Shown: positions 1 to 13,028 of the stretch, piece after piece | Numbering within the stretch: position 1 is the stretch's first letter | Layout: every line of letters starts with the position of its first letter | NCBI GenBank assembly: GCA_002269645.1 | Contig: NIVC01000059.1 | Coordinates: 496,001 to 560,000, forward strand | Origin: Macrostomum lignano | Taxonomy: Eukaryota | Length of the DNA: 64,000 nucleotides | Reading direction: 5' to 3' | The notes under the pieces: generated by a model | Databases searched by the model: none | Seen by the model: the letters and a program-made list of their open reading frames with translations, nothing else | Told to the model about the DNA's origin: nothing | Made by a program: the position numbers and the translations under genes

Positions 1-133
1 TGATTACTCAACTGGTCACGTGATCGTCTAGCTGCCGTTTCAGTCCGCTGCCGAATAGGTGAACGAGCACGTAGTCGTACGTTTTGGCGCCCACTGCGGG
101 TGGCAATGAGTTTACGAATTGAATCATTGTGGC

Positions 134-1855
134 TCAGTCATTCAGTCAGTCAGTCAGTCAGTCAGTCAGTCAGTCAGTCAGTCAGTCAGTCAGTCAGTCA
201 TTCAGTCAGTCAGTCAGTCAGTCAGTCAGTCAGTCAGTCAGTCAGTCAGTCAGTCAGTCATTCATTCAGTCAGTCAGTCAGTCAGTCAGTCAGTCAGTCA
301 GTCAGTCAGTCAGTCAGTCAGTCAGTCAGTCAGTCAGTCAGTCAGTCATTCAGTCAGTCAGTCAGTCAGTCATTCAGTCAGTCAGTCAGTCAGTCAGTCA
401 GTCAGTCAGTCAGTCAGTCAGTCAGTCAGTCAGTCAGTCAGTCAGTCAGTCAGTCAGTCAGTCATTCAGTCAGTCAGTCAGTCAGTCATTCAGTCAGTCA
501 GTCAGTCAGTCAGTCAGTCAGTCAGTCAGTCAGTCAGTCAGTCAGTCAGTCAGTCAGTCAGTCAGTCAGTCAGTCAGTCAGTCAGTCAGTCAGTCAGTCA
601 GTCAGTCAGTCAGTCAGTCAGTCAGTCAGTGAGTCAGTGAGTCAGTGAGTCAGTCAGTCAGTCAGTCAGTCAGTCAGTCAGTCAGTCAGTCATTCAGTCA
701 GTCAGTCAGTCAGTCAGTCAGTCAGTCAGTCAGTCAGTCAGTCAGTCAGTCAGTCAGTCAGTCAGTCAGTCAGTCATTCAGTCAGTCAGTCAGTCAGTCA
801 GTCAGTCAGTCAGTCAGTCAGTCAGTCAGTCAGTCAGTCAGTCAGTCAGTCAGTCAGTCAGTCAGTCAGTCAGTCAGTCATTCAGTCAGTCAGTCAGTCA
901 GTCATTCAGTCAGTCAGTCAGTCAGTCAGTCAGTCAGTCAGTCAGTCAGTCAGTCAGTCAGTCAGTCAGTCAGTCAGTCAGTCAGTCAGTCAGTCAGTCA
1001 GTCAGTCAGTCAGTCAGTCAGTCAGTCAGTCAGTGAGTCAGTGAGTCAGTGAGTCAGTCAGTCAGTCAGTGAGTGAGTCAGTGAGTCAGTCAGTCAGTGA
1101 GTCAGTGAGTCAGTCAGTCAGTCAGTCAGTCAGTCAGTCAGTCAGTCAGTCAGTCAGTCAGTCAGTCAGTCAGTCAGTCAGTCATTCAGTCAGTCAGTCA
1201 GTCAGTCAGTCAGTCAGTCAGTCAGTCAGTCAGTCAGTCAGTCAGTCAGTCAGTCAGTCAGTCAGTCAGTCAGTCAGTCAGTCAGTCAGTCAGTCAGTCA
1301 GTCAGTCAGTCAGTCAGTCAGTCAGTCAGTCAGTCAGTCAGTCAGTCAGTCAGTCAGTCAGTCAGTCAGTCAGTCAGTCAGTCAGTCAGTCAGTCAGTCA
1401 GTCAGTCAGTGAGTCAGTGAGTCAGTCAGTCAGTGAGTCAGTCAGTCAGTCAGTCAGTGAGTCAGTGAGTCAGTCAGTCAGTCAGTCAGTCAGTCATTCA
1501 GTCAGTCAGTCAGTCAGTCAGTCAGTCAGTCAGTCAGTCAGTCAGTCAGTCAGTCAGTCAGTCAGTCAGTCACTCAAGTCAGTCAGTCAGTCAGTCAGTC
1601 AGTCAGTCAGTCAGTCAGTCAAGTCAGTCATTCAGTCAGTCAGTCAGTCAGTCAGTCAGTCAGTCAGTCAGTCAGTCAGTCAGTCAGTCAGTCAGTCAGT
1701 CAGTCAGTCAGTCAGTCAGTCAGTCAGTCAGTCAGTCAGTCAGTCAGTCATTCAGTCAGTCAGTCAGTCAGTCAGTCAGTCAGTCAGTCAGTCAGTCAGT
1801 CAGTCAGTCAGTCAGTCAGTCAGTCAGTCAGTCAGTCAGTCAGTCAGTCAGTCAG
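134..1855. repeat. (TCAG)n tetranucleotide microsatellite, about 1.7 kb
   Basis: Direct reading; occasional TCAT/TGAG variants. The SVSQ ORFs are artefacts of it. Confidence 0.99.
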
Positions 1856-3221
1856 ATCACAGCTACTTCAGTAGTTAGTAATGCAGGTTCCTAAGGCTAA
1901 TAAAAACTTTAATTCATAAAAAATCAAATGTCAAAGCCAGTCCACAGGGCCACCTCGACGCTCTTTGGCTCACATTTTTGAGGTTTACTGCAACTTTAAC
2001 GGCCTTCATAATAAAAGCCGTGCCCCAAACAAAAATGGGGCATTTTCTTTCTGTGCGTACGTTAAAGTAAAAAAACTGACTTTCAAAAATCTGCAGCGCG
2101 CGCAAAACCCTGATGCAGGGCCTTGCTGCATCAGGCTTAAGTTCAAGGTGTGTAGAAGCTTTCGGATAATCAGTGCGCATGCATGCAGCGCACAGCAGTA
2201 GTGTACAGTCATCTGTGGACGCAGCTGCCTGTTGCAGGCTCTGTTAGGGATGTCTCTGGGAGACGCACGAAATGGCAAAGACGTTGTTTGGTCGGTTGTT
2301 GCTTTGAAAATTCGACCATGCAGTCCCTGCAGGGAGAAAATAGCGAGGCGGTGCGAGGCCGCCCCCCCCCCCCCGCAATTATTTGGGCCTGGCGCTAATT
2401 GTTTTTCCGTCGCCAATTTTCGCGGGCCTGGCACGTGGAGATTCGGCAGATTTCGCTTCTGTCCCATGGCTTAAGCTGCCGCCGACCTGGCAATCTTTGG
2501 AACCCGAACCCTGGGTGCAGGTGCGCGGCTCGCGGAGCTGGAGATTATTCCAAGGAACTGAGGCCGATATTAAAAATTGCCAGGGCGAACTAATCTCTGG
2601 AAAATTGTTCAGAAATCAACCGTAATTCAGTGCCAATTACAGCTGAACTACCTTGTCAGAGCGGGAGCGAAAATAGCCTGCTAAAATGACATCAGAGTTT
2701 TAAATACTTGAAAGGTATTTGAAGAAGTGCTATGATATGAATCACTCAATACTTTTGTTTTTTTTTACATATTATGATGCTTTGCACTTAATAAAAAGTG
2801 AAAATATGAAAATGAAACTTTCACTACAAAACCATATAAAGCACAACAGAGTAAAATTTTGTACATGTTAAATTAAAATAATGGTAATCTTGTGGCGAAA
2901 AATAGGATTTTTCCTGTATCCGCATGAGTGTATTTTTCCAGAAGATTAGCTCCCCTAAAAATCACCCGACTTTGTTGTTTTGCGTCCTTTTATGCTACAA
3001 AAGTTCTCGCTTTACACACCTACAACAATCAGGCTTAGGAATGCTGCACAAGACAGTCGGTATACAAAGATGTACCTCTGGGCATGGCCTTATGTGGCGT
3101 TCTGTGACACGCTGCTTCAAGGACTCTATACGCTTAAGCTTTGAAGTGAACGGCTCAAGCTAGCCAAGGGTTTCAACGCGTTCACTCAGAACAATCAGCA
3201 GTGCTAATTGCATCAAATTAC

Positions 3222-3432
3222 CGTGATATTTAATCTTCCACAGGCCCTGACAGCCGACGAGATTGACGCCGTCCTCCGTCATAAGCGACAGGTCCGCCCA
3301 GTGGTTGGTGCAGGACGCCACCACCATGAGAAGGCCGCTGCCAAGGCTGGCCGCAATGGCCGATGCCAACACCCGGGTCTCCAGCTGCCAGAGGCGCCAA
3401 CGCCCCATGAACGAGTTAATCCAGCCAGACAT
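3222..3432 (-). CDS. First coding exon of a claudin/PMP22/EMP-family tetraspan membrane protein; the rest lies beyond the left window edge
   Basis: ATG at 3432. MSGWINSF...TRVLASAIAASLGSGLLMVVASCTNHW...CQGLWKI has a hydrophobic TM1 followed by the W...GLW signature of the claudin first extracellular loop. Phase-1 donor G|GTAATT at 3222/3221. Confidence 0.55.
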
Positions 3433-3960
3433 GTCGGATTAAGTCAAAGCAAATTCAGAATCCAGTTCAGAGAAGTTATCATGAAAGCTTAGCCGATAGC
3501 TGTTTGGAATTTATAATATCGCCATCGTCAGTAACTATATATACCGCAACTATATACGCTCGTATACCGCCGAACCCCCCCTTTCTCTCTCCCAGGAAGA
3601 AAATTGCGAATTTGGTTTGGGCACTGCACAAGCAACAGCCAATGAGAACAGATGAACACAGCTGCAAATACTGTAGAGTGCTGCGTAGATTCCGAACGTC
3701 AGGATGCACAACAGTAAGAGAGCGTGAAGCGCGTGAAAGCGGAGGCAGAGTAAAAATCAGAAAAAAGGCTTGGCAGGCATATTTCATGCTTCACATGAAA
3801 TCAACTCTGGACGGAGTTGAATGAATTCACATTTTAAAGCAGTATTTCATCTCCATTGGGTAACGTTCCTTGCTTGGCTAGTAAGGACAAAAATGATTCA
3901 ATAACAATCATTAGAAAAATAGAGATTTATCAAAATCACGACCCATTTCGCACTTATACC

Positions 3961-4131
3961 CGTAAAGCAATCCGACGTCGATGACAGATATGTACTTTTA
4001 CATTGTATCGACGGATATTGACGCCGAACGTCGGCTTAACTTCGGTGGGATGTAAAAGTACATATCTGTCATCGACTTCGATAGACGCCGGGAGCGTCGG
4101 CCACCCGTCGCCGAGGTCAGATTGCTGTACC
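3961..4131. repeat. Nested inverted repeat (foldback)
   Basis: Perfect 26-bp arms 3977-4002 and 4051-4076 (GTCGATGACAGATATGTACTTTTACA). Outer imperfect arms 3961-3976 and 4116-4131 (3 mismatches). Confidence 0.85.
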
Positions 4132-4139
4132 GAATAGGT

Positions 4140-4564
4140 CAGAGGTCGACAAACTTTTTTACCTCAGGGGCCAGATGATTGCTGCGGGCCGGATATGAGA
4201 CGAAGTGTGAATAGAGGAGAGAGAAAAGAGGATGGAAGGTTATGAGAGATTAAAGAAGAGATGAGATGTGAGAGGCGAGGGGCGAGATGAGAGATGCGAT
4301 GAGAGAAAATAATAGAGGAGAGGAGAAGAGGAAGCAGAGAGGAGAAGGGAGAGAGGAGAGGAGAGAGGAGAGAAAGGAGAGAGGAGAGGAGAGAGAGGAG
4401 AGATAAGAGGTGGGAGGAGATTGGAGAGAACTGAGAAGAGAGATGAGAAGACAAAACCTTGAGCGGCCGGATTGCTATTGTGAAGTTTCAAAAGACCCGA
4501 GGACCGAAAGAGAGAGGCTTCGCGGGCCGCATGTGGCCCTCGGGCCGGAGCTCGCCGACCTTTG
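4140..4564. mobile_element. Degenerate hAT (Charlie-like) MITE with internal GA-rich tract
   Basis: Imperfect TIRs CAGAGGTCGACAAACT / CAAAGGTCGGCGAGCT (revcomp). Subterminal GCGGGCCGCATGTGGCCC motif. Flanking 8-mers GAATAGGT/GGATGGGT match 6/8. GA-rich low-complexity tract about 4200-4450. Confidence 0.6.
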
Positions 4565-7500
4565 GGATGGGTGCATCGTCAGGTTTACGGCTCGTATTGC
4601 TAGAAGCGAAAAGTAATTGATGACGAGAATATACTAATTTAGTAACTAATTTCGGATGTCACACAAGCTGTACTTGTACGAAATATCTACTCACGCTCTC
4701 TTTTCGCGGATCCTTTGCACTATATGCTGTTGAATTTCGCTCTCCTAAAGCTCGAATCAAAATGTGAAACCACTGCATGGCCTGTCTCAATCCGTTAGAC
4801 GCATTTATACGAGTACATGGCTCGTAAATGCTAATCCTGCGTGCAATATGAAGCGCATAAACTTTTTTAGCTTAAATATTGTTTTTATGGAAGATGTCTT
4901 ACCTTTAATGCCACTCGAGAATTCCGTTCTGAGTGACGCATTATTACTGGGAGCTTATGGCAAATTTTATTTTTTCTGTAGTGGTATTGGGGTGCAACCA
5001 TCATTTAGGCGCCATCAGTAAAACCCATGTGGCGTCTGAAGCGAAAGTACAAGGTACATTTCTGGATCCATTTTAATAGCTGCAGTCGCTTAATTTATAT
5101 AGTTATAAAATAGCTTCTTAGTTTTTAATTTGTTTAAACATAAAACAACAACTTGACTGATATTTTATTTGTTTTGTTGAAGAAAATATAGGATCTGCCA
5201 TATACATGTAAGACACCCTTTTTGCAGCAATAGCCCGACAAGCTAGAATCGTTGCAGTTGCACAGTGCATTGTATATATAATGCATATAACTGTACTATA
5301 CAACTCGCACCGTTATCGTTCTGCATGCCGTCAAGGAAGTTATTCGGGCATGCGGTTTTACTGGCTTGCTGAAGAAGAATATCCAACCGCCGGGCCGGGA
5401 CAATTACACTCTAGTCGAAGTTACACCAAAGCTAGCTTTTTTCAACCCTGCTTCGCTTCGGTTTTGCACTACACATTGGAAATGTACATGTATCTGCATG
5501 CATTGGAGAATTTATCTGGAATTTTAGTTGCGTGTACGAACTACATGTAATAAACGTAGCAATATTGCATGCAAGCCGTACAGCAACTCGACGTTTTGAC
5601 GTCCATCGGCGTCGCGCTGGCAAAAATGTTTTTTTACATGCATTACGCCAACGGATGACAACGTTTTACGTGGCCGGGCCAAACGTCGTATAATTTAAGA
5701 GCGACCCTTTGCCAGCGACGCCAAGCGATGTCGGGTACTACTACGTTGCGTACGATCTTCAGGTTCGTTCGTAAGTTTTGCACAGGCTGTTAGTGTACTG
5801 TATAAAAATACACATGTAAAGGAAAAAAACACAACTCGATCTTTTCGAATGGGAAAAAGACGCGCAGTATATTTCAGACTCTACATGGACTGCATGTCGG
5901 GCGGTCGAGCGCGCTGCGGTCAGTCCCAGGGTTTAAACAAAAATCTGATTGCAACTGCAGCGGTTCCGGCCGCATGCCGGGTGCAGGAGGGTTATAGGTC
6001 GTGTTGATCGAGGTCTGCAGAGGCAGTCCGATGATTACTGTGCCTCAGCAACAGAAGTGTACCTAACTGACCTCCTCTTGCTACGAATTAAAAGCCGATT
6101 CACATAGATCTAAATGAGCTTGTTCATTCATCTGATCTGACAATTATAATTGAATGAGTTGCGGTCTGCACTATAAATAGTACATGTAAATGTACGTGAA
6201 TAGAATTCGAAAGGTCACCATTGACACGATGATTGGATAATCTCGATGATAAAAATCTAGGTTTTGCACTACTGACTAGCTGCGAGTATCCATCTCATGC
6301 ATACAAGTAACAGTACACACGTGGCTAACGGAACTAATTACGATCGTTACCCTTAAAAGTAACAAAACTTTTCCTCGATCCTGTGTGAAAAAATTAGTAA
6401 CGTTGTTTAATAGTTACTTAGAATTTACCTTTCCCTTTCTAGCAAAACTCATTTACAAGTATATGTTAATAGCTTGGCAAGTCTCTATGGCATTTTTCCT
6501 GCAAATAATTTATGGGGGCTTATGTGCATAATATAAACATGTACTCTGCTAACGTAGTGATGAGGACGCACTTTTTCCAAATCCCGCGCTAGCACATGGG
6601 CTCTAAACATACTAGAGCTACCTACCTATTATACCTACTAACAGTGGGCAATGGGCATTTTTATCCTTTTTCTGCGAATTGTCATGGAATCTATACTAGA
6701 TATAATTTTTGGTCATACTAGTAGTCATAATAACATAGGCGCAGCTTTTTGGGTCATAAATCATCGCTTTCGAAACTGGTCTGACAGCCACCTGCGCCTC
6801 ACTCAGTGTTGAGGCGGGCGCCAGATGGTCTGAGAGGATGCGGGCGGTAGCTTTTTTCTCATCATTTTGACAGGCCATCAAGATTTATGAGGTCAGAGCC
6901 TATTGTTCGTGTTCACTCAAGCGTGTGACAGCTTTGACAGCTATGCGTTTTACCCCTAAAAGTACTTTGGGATTAGCGATTAGCGATTTCTCTTCATTAT
7001 CTTCACTTTCTACTTAATACATGTAAGAGCTTTCTAATGTATATTTTTTCAATTATTTCCGTCAATCCTACGCGAAAAGTCATAAATCATTTTGTTGCGA
7101 TTTTGATTGATTTATGGCCGCACCTGTCATATTTTTACGACCCCGAGGGAACTGATAGGATCTCCCGGTCACGTGATTCTGGGTAGCAACCAGCTTAGCC
7201 AATCAGAGAATTCGACGCTCATTTTAACAAATCGGTTCAGCCAATCAGAATCGACGTGTTCCATTATAACAAACTGCGGTCCAGTTGTCGGCTATTTAGA
7301 CCGGTGTTTTTGGCCCGCTCGGACCTACCCCTCTCCTGGGATCTTGGCCTAACTTAGACCTCCCGGAGCTCGACCGTCGTCTCTTGATCCCCGGATCACG
7401 ACTCCCCCCCATCATCAAGGACGAATCCCCCCCGGTCGTCAGCAGCGAACACCAAGATTAAGAACATCACCTGCTAGCTATCTGCAAAGATTGTGACATC

Positions 7501-8068
7501 AGCATCATCCCGGGTCTACAGCTGCGAAGCACTAAGCCGATTCGGTCACTGTGGATTACCTGGTCTCCGGCTGTTGAGTTCCTGATTGGTTGGGTGAGAG
7601 GCTGCCTAGACTTGCTTGATTGGGTGATTCCTTATCTGTCCCCTGTTTCAGTAGCTGGATTAGGCGCACACTTTTGCTCTTTTTGTTCAGTAGTGCTGTT
7701 GCTGAGGCAGAAGTCATTCAATAATACTGCTAGTAGTAGTCTAAAACTCCAATTCAATCTGAAGTGTGAAGTGATCTAAGGAGAAGGTTAAATCTAACAG
7801 TTATTTTTATCGGTTTTATTTCTTTGTTCGCCGATAGCTCAGATGAATAGCTAAGCTAGTAGGCGCCGGTCACAGTGGACCAATGGCAAGGCAGTTCTCA
7901 GTCGATCAATCTATCAAATCAGTTAGCGAATTTGCCAATAGTGCAGAATCGGCGCCAGAGATGTACTCTGTGCACTCTAGGTTAGCCAAGCGGCTCGGGT
8001 GATGAATCATGCGGTCTCTGAAGTTCGAGTTAGTCTATCATCAGCGCTATGAGAGGCTAGTTGGCGCG

Positions 8069-10431
8069 TTAACCTTATGATTACCAGTGGCATGCTGTGC
8101 ATGCCATCGTTCATTCTGTCAATTGACCATAGACAGATTTGAAGTCGATGGGAAAGCGAGTTTAGACAGAATCATTGTCTGACTCAACCAAATGGAATGC
8201 TATGCATGCCAAGGCCAAAAAACTGTTTGTATTGTCATACTGCGTCGGAGTGTCACAAAACAAATAGAAAACGACATACATTGCATGCACAAAGGTAAAT
8301 CTTAAGAACATAAGGGCAAATGAAGCTGCATGCAAGTAAATGAAAATAATTTTAGCAACAGTTCGATTACAGTTTCAGCAAAGCGCCAGCAATCAGTTAG
8401 CCGAGTGCCACTCAAAGAAGCACGGCTCCAGGCAAAGCCCAGGCTGACCGTCACAGCCTTGGCAGAAGTAGACGGTCCGCTTTTTCAGTCTGCGCTGGTA
8501 ACAAACTCGGCAACGCTTGGTAGGCCGTTCTTGTGCTGCGGTAGCGGGTAGCTTTTCCAGCCGGTGATGAATTTCGCCTGGCTGACGGGGAAGAGCCTGA
8601 CGCTTAACTCTCGATCGACCATTTCCGCTGCTTTCAATCAAGTGCTTTACACACCTTTCAGTGTAGCTGAGAAAGCTCATGGATCCACCTAGATGTCGGT
8701 ACACAATCCAGGAGTTGCGAACCAGCTGCTGTAGCAGAAACACCGCCAACTTTACGAACCATTTGTGCGTTCGGCGGCATGCGCTGTAAGGCTGGGCTGC
8801 GGCATCCATCCGATCCACACCTCCCATGTTCTGATTATATTGCAAAACCGAGTTGGGCTTCAGCAGCTGCTGCTCCACACCACCGCGCAGTACCCGGCTA
8901 ACCAAAGAGCTAGCAGCCGTCCAACAGATAGACCGTCTTTGTTCCTGAGCTTCGCCTGTCAACCAGCTTCACAGCAAGGATGTCACCATGTCGGGCAAAG
9001 GAATGACTCGGTGGTTGCAAGAGCATATCTCGCAGAATCGGTGGAACGCCTCGGTCTTTGCGAACGGTCCCAGTTAAGGTTGTTCCTCTGGTCAGAAGGA
9101 ACTTGGCCAGTCGCACCGATGAAAACCAACTGTCGCAAAAGACCCGATATCCAAGGTCCAGAATGTCGCGACAAAGTTCTACGACGACTCTCTCACTGAT
9201 TGAGAGCTGCGGCACATCGTTGCCGAACTGTTCATTCGCAATGGTGGTTGAATGTATCAGATAGTTCCACATGTAGCCTGTAGAAGACTCTGCAAGGCAG
9301 TACAATTTGATGCCAAACTTGGCTCTCTTGTTGGGCATGTACTGCTTAAAAATCAGCCTCCCTTTATAGAGCAGCAGCGCTTCATCAGCGGCAATGCTTT
9401 GACCGGGCATGTAGCTGTTCTTGCAAACTGTCTGGACCATGTCTAGGAACGGCCTGATCTTGCACAAGGGATCACCAGCGTCGAAGTCAAGACAGTCATA
9501 GCAACGCAGCCATGACATGATTTGTTGAAACCGCGAGCGAGGAAGCATCTTCATGCTTTGAAAGTAGGGATGAAAGTAAAACGGGTCCGTGGACCAGTAA
9601 GCCGTCACCTCCGGTTTCTGTACAACTCCGGTATATAAAATAACGCCGATCACCTTCTTCATCTCAGAAACAGTGCAGGGCTTCCACGTTCTGAGCCCGT
9701 AAGGCAGTTCATCATCTCCGTGTTCTTCTTGAAACCTGGCAATATCCAGCTGCGCTCTCTTGTTTGTCCACATGCACATCTGAAGCAGCAACTCATCGGG
9801 TAAAAATTGCTCGAAAATGGCTGTCCAGCCGTCGTCAACATCAGCAGGTACGGAGAATCCCGGATTGACTCCGCTTGCCCCGAGGAACTCGGGAAGAGAA
9901 TTAGCTCGAGCATCAGTCTCTGGAGTTACTGATCTCCAATCATCGTGCATCATTCCCTGATCGTCTTCCTCCGGTCCATCGTTGCCTTCTTGATTTTCGT
10001 CACCGTCCTCTCCCTCGCTCTCGGCAGTGAAAAATGAGTCATCGCTCGACTCATCGCTCGATTCGCTGTCGAGGCCCAAGTTTCGCAAGGCTTGCTTGGC
10101 TGCTTGCCGTCGCTGTCTGACCGCTTGCATTGTAAGATTTGGTAAGTTGGGGTGGTGAGCTAAGGAGGCACCAGTAAAAATTCTTGCAGTTAACTTTTCA
10201 TGCCTGTATTCCCTCCCTCTTGCCTTTTTTCTAGGTTGGCCATAGACTATTCTCCAGTCAAAGATGTCACTTCTCCTGTTGAGAAAGTGTTTTCTTGCCT
10301 GTCCATAATAAAGCAACTGTTTTGAAATTCGAAGTGTACAGCGCAGATCTAAATTGTCTATGGCATGCAGTGCTTGCCATTTGGTAAGATAGAGATGTGG
10401 GGAAGGAATTCTGTCGTAGACAAGTGGTTAA
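8069..10431 (-). mobile_element. piggyBac (PGBD4-like) DNA transposon; ends approximate
   Basis: Transposase inside. TTAA-CC at 8069, GG-TTAA at 10426-10431. Imperfect inverted repeats 8081-8109 and 10358-10387 (TTACCA..TGGCA.GC..TGCATGCCAT.G). Confidence 0.8.
8393..10130 (-). pseudogene. piggyBac transposase split by one frameshift near 8920
   Basis: Probable start MQAVRQ at 10130, acidic N-terminus. Catalytic motifs DEALLLYKGR..KQYMPNKRAKFGIK, DSWFSS and YNQNMGGVDRMD. C-terminal Cys-rich domain CRVC..CQGC..LCLEPCFFEWH. Frame changes at TVYLLD/TAASS; the span is 1738 bp, so +2 nt would restore about 579 aa. Confidence 0.92.
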
Positions 10432-12524
10432 AGGCCAAAAGTACAATTCTTCGTATTTAGCAATGTAATAATACATATGTAGCTACCCCATAGTCTCGCC
10501 ACTGCAAGAATCCCCTGCACAAGTCCCCTCTGTACCTGCATGGCCAATGCGATCTAGTCCCAGCTAGCAGTGTCCCTTATCATCGGCTATGACTTCGAGA
10601 TTGACAGCAAAAAGACACTAGTTGGCAGGTAAGTGCACAGCCCCTTCTAGTCGGAAGCCCGATTTCGAGAGTCCCGGTGTGGTGAGCCAGGACGTACGGG
10701 CTGGTGGCAGCGAGTTAGCTAATCTGCGGATTAGCTGATCTCATTTTCAAAATGTCTCTCGCTGTCCCTCTCTTAGCTATAGGACCTAGACTGCTCGCCA
10801 CACGATCAAGCTACCATGGGGCTGGGGGGTCAGGACTCTAATCGATTTATTTTTGAGACCTGAGGCTCGAAGGCTTCCCCACAAGGAGGCCGGAAGGTCG
10901 AAACCCATCAGTAGCCTAAAAGTGTTGATCACGGACCTTAGGTACTGCCGATATTTTGACATACATCTACAATCTCTACATCTCTAGAAATCTCTTGACA
11001 TGTCTCTCTGCGTACATGTATGTAATCAGTTGCATAGCAAAAGTGTATATGTCACTTTACTTACATCGGAATGCCTGCTAATGAGACGGGACTCCTAGCT
11101 GTCTGCTAGTGCTACTACATATCGTGCATGTACGTGTGTACAAGTAACAAACCTATAAAATGCTATTAAAAATTAAAACCTCATTCACAGTAAGCAACAT
11201 ACATGGTACACTGTGCATGTATGCCGGCGTAAAAGCTAAAGAATATTGTTGCTCAATTTGTAATTTGGTAAGTTCAGGAAACGATATTACTGGGAATTCA
11301 TTGCTAAAAACTTAAAGAATCCGACATGTTTACACATTTTGTAACGAAAACCAGCCTGTGAAATTTGTACGATTTTTATGAGTGGCGTACCTCTTTAACT
11401 TATATGTTCTCCATGGGCCGGTCGGTCTAGAAGTATGTAGTCTATTCTTGGTCGGTCTGACAGCCAAAGTTCAGACGTTGCTAAATCTAAATATTACTAT
11501 CTGTAATCTATATATATATATAAATATTTACTAAATTAATTAAACACAAGCCCCACCACGCCTAAGTGTAAAAAACCAGAAAAAAATTATTTTTACTTTT
11601 TCTGTTCTTTTCGTGTAATAAATCTTTTAATTTTTTTTCTGACGCCCCTTTTTATTGTTTTAAGCAGTTTTTGTAAAGCTAGATTAAACATATTTTTAAT
11701 TAGTTAGATATTTGTTATTGTTATTGAAATAATTTCCCCCTTTTTGAACAGTAAAATGAAGAAAGGCTTCGGTCGGACGCGTTGGAGGTACGTCCTACGT
11801 AAAATTAATATTTCGATTCTAAATAATGTATTATTAGCGGTAGAGCCCTGGCTAGGGGCTGAAACGCTAGCTACTTATCAAAGTAAAAGTAAAAGGGTGC
11901 ATTGTGGCTGCTGGCAGTGCCCGTCTAGTATAACGAACGATCAATATTATAACCGTGTTGAATGTGTCATGTGTGTTGATTAGATGACCATTCCGTCGCC
12001 TGGTATCGAGGTACTAAGCATGTAAAGACATAAGCTTAATACATTTGTAGCGATATAGAGGGAGGGGTATTAAACGCTAGGATAATGCCATGGCCCACAG
12101 CTAGCTAGGGTAGGCCCCATGGCGTTTGGTTTGGGCGTATGGCTATGGCCTTGCAATAGTTATTAAGTCGGATCTTTTTTATTAAGCCCTGTTTAAACGT
12201 TGAGAAGCTGAAAAAGCTCATGAGATGTGACTACATGTGGCATTTAGCAACCATCCATCGGCCTATCTGCAATCTTCATATTGCCTATGGCTATGCCTAT
12301 GTAAAAATTATCAGATTTTATTAAACAGACTTTGAGTTAGGCCCCTACATAATTTTAAAGTCTAACTACCCAGAAGGCCTACCCAAATATAGAACATTTT
12401 TAAAAAAGATAAAGTTCAATAAAATTCAGTAAAAATGCAGTAAAAAACTTTTTGCTTTTTAATTTTACTTTTTATTGCTACTGCTACTTTTAAAAAATGT
12501 AGTTACATATATTATATTATACAA

Positions 12525-13028
12525 AGAGCTTGTGTGCATGACAGCCATCCACCCAGTGTTTAAACTGCATGCATGGCAGCTGGCACATCTTAACTTATTA
12601 TATAGTATGTCATAGGCCTATACTGCTTGAATTAGGCCTAGGCCCTATTAGAAATCAATACTTAAATTAGGCCTAACAAAAAATAGCCATGAATTAAGAT
12701 TATATTATAGAGATTGTAGATATATGAGATGAAAAAATTAATAAATTATTAAATGAATTCAAGAGTAGGGCTAAGCAATAGGCCCCTATGCAGATTTAAA
12801 AGAAAAGATCTAATTTGAATTTGCAATTCACTATATTGCCTATCTGCCAATTGCTATATATGCAATTTAAATATTAGGTAGGTCTAGAATATAGATAGCT
12901 GCCATGCATTACAATTAAAATACTTGATAGATGGCTACCATGCATGCAATTTAAACACTTTGGATAGCTACTATGCATGCAATTTAAATATTGGAAAGGT
13001 AGGCCTAGCTACCATGCACACAAGCTCT
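12525..13028. repeat. Foldback/MITE-like element in AT-rich island
   Basis: Perfect 16-bp inverted repeat AGAGCTTGTGTGCATG (12525-12540 / 13013-13028), with further imperfect inverted ATGCATGC/TTTAAAC motifs inside. No TSD identified. Confidence 0.5.

Noticed and set aside
100-1878. Long SVSQ ORFs
   Set aside because: Translation of (TCAG)n; open in all frames.
2109-2135. 10-bp stem hairpin as Helitron 3' end or terminator
   Set aside because: No CTRR end downstream; intrinsic terminators do not apply to this eukaryotic context.
7125-7800. Possible solo LTR (TGTCA start, CCAAT boxes, GC-rich body)
   Set aside because: No matching CA end with a TSD, and no PBS or PPT found.
10131-10316. 62-aa N-terminal extension of the transposase in the ORF track
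   Set aside because: Starts at TTG, not a normal eukaryotic start; ATG 10130 gives a typical piggyBac length.
11890-11925. Possible SSU rRNA / NUMT fragment (minus strand CTGCCAGCAGCCAC)
   Set aside because: Only 12/14 match to the 530-loop motif, and the flanks do not continue as rRNA.
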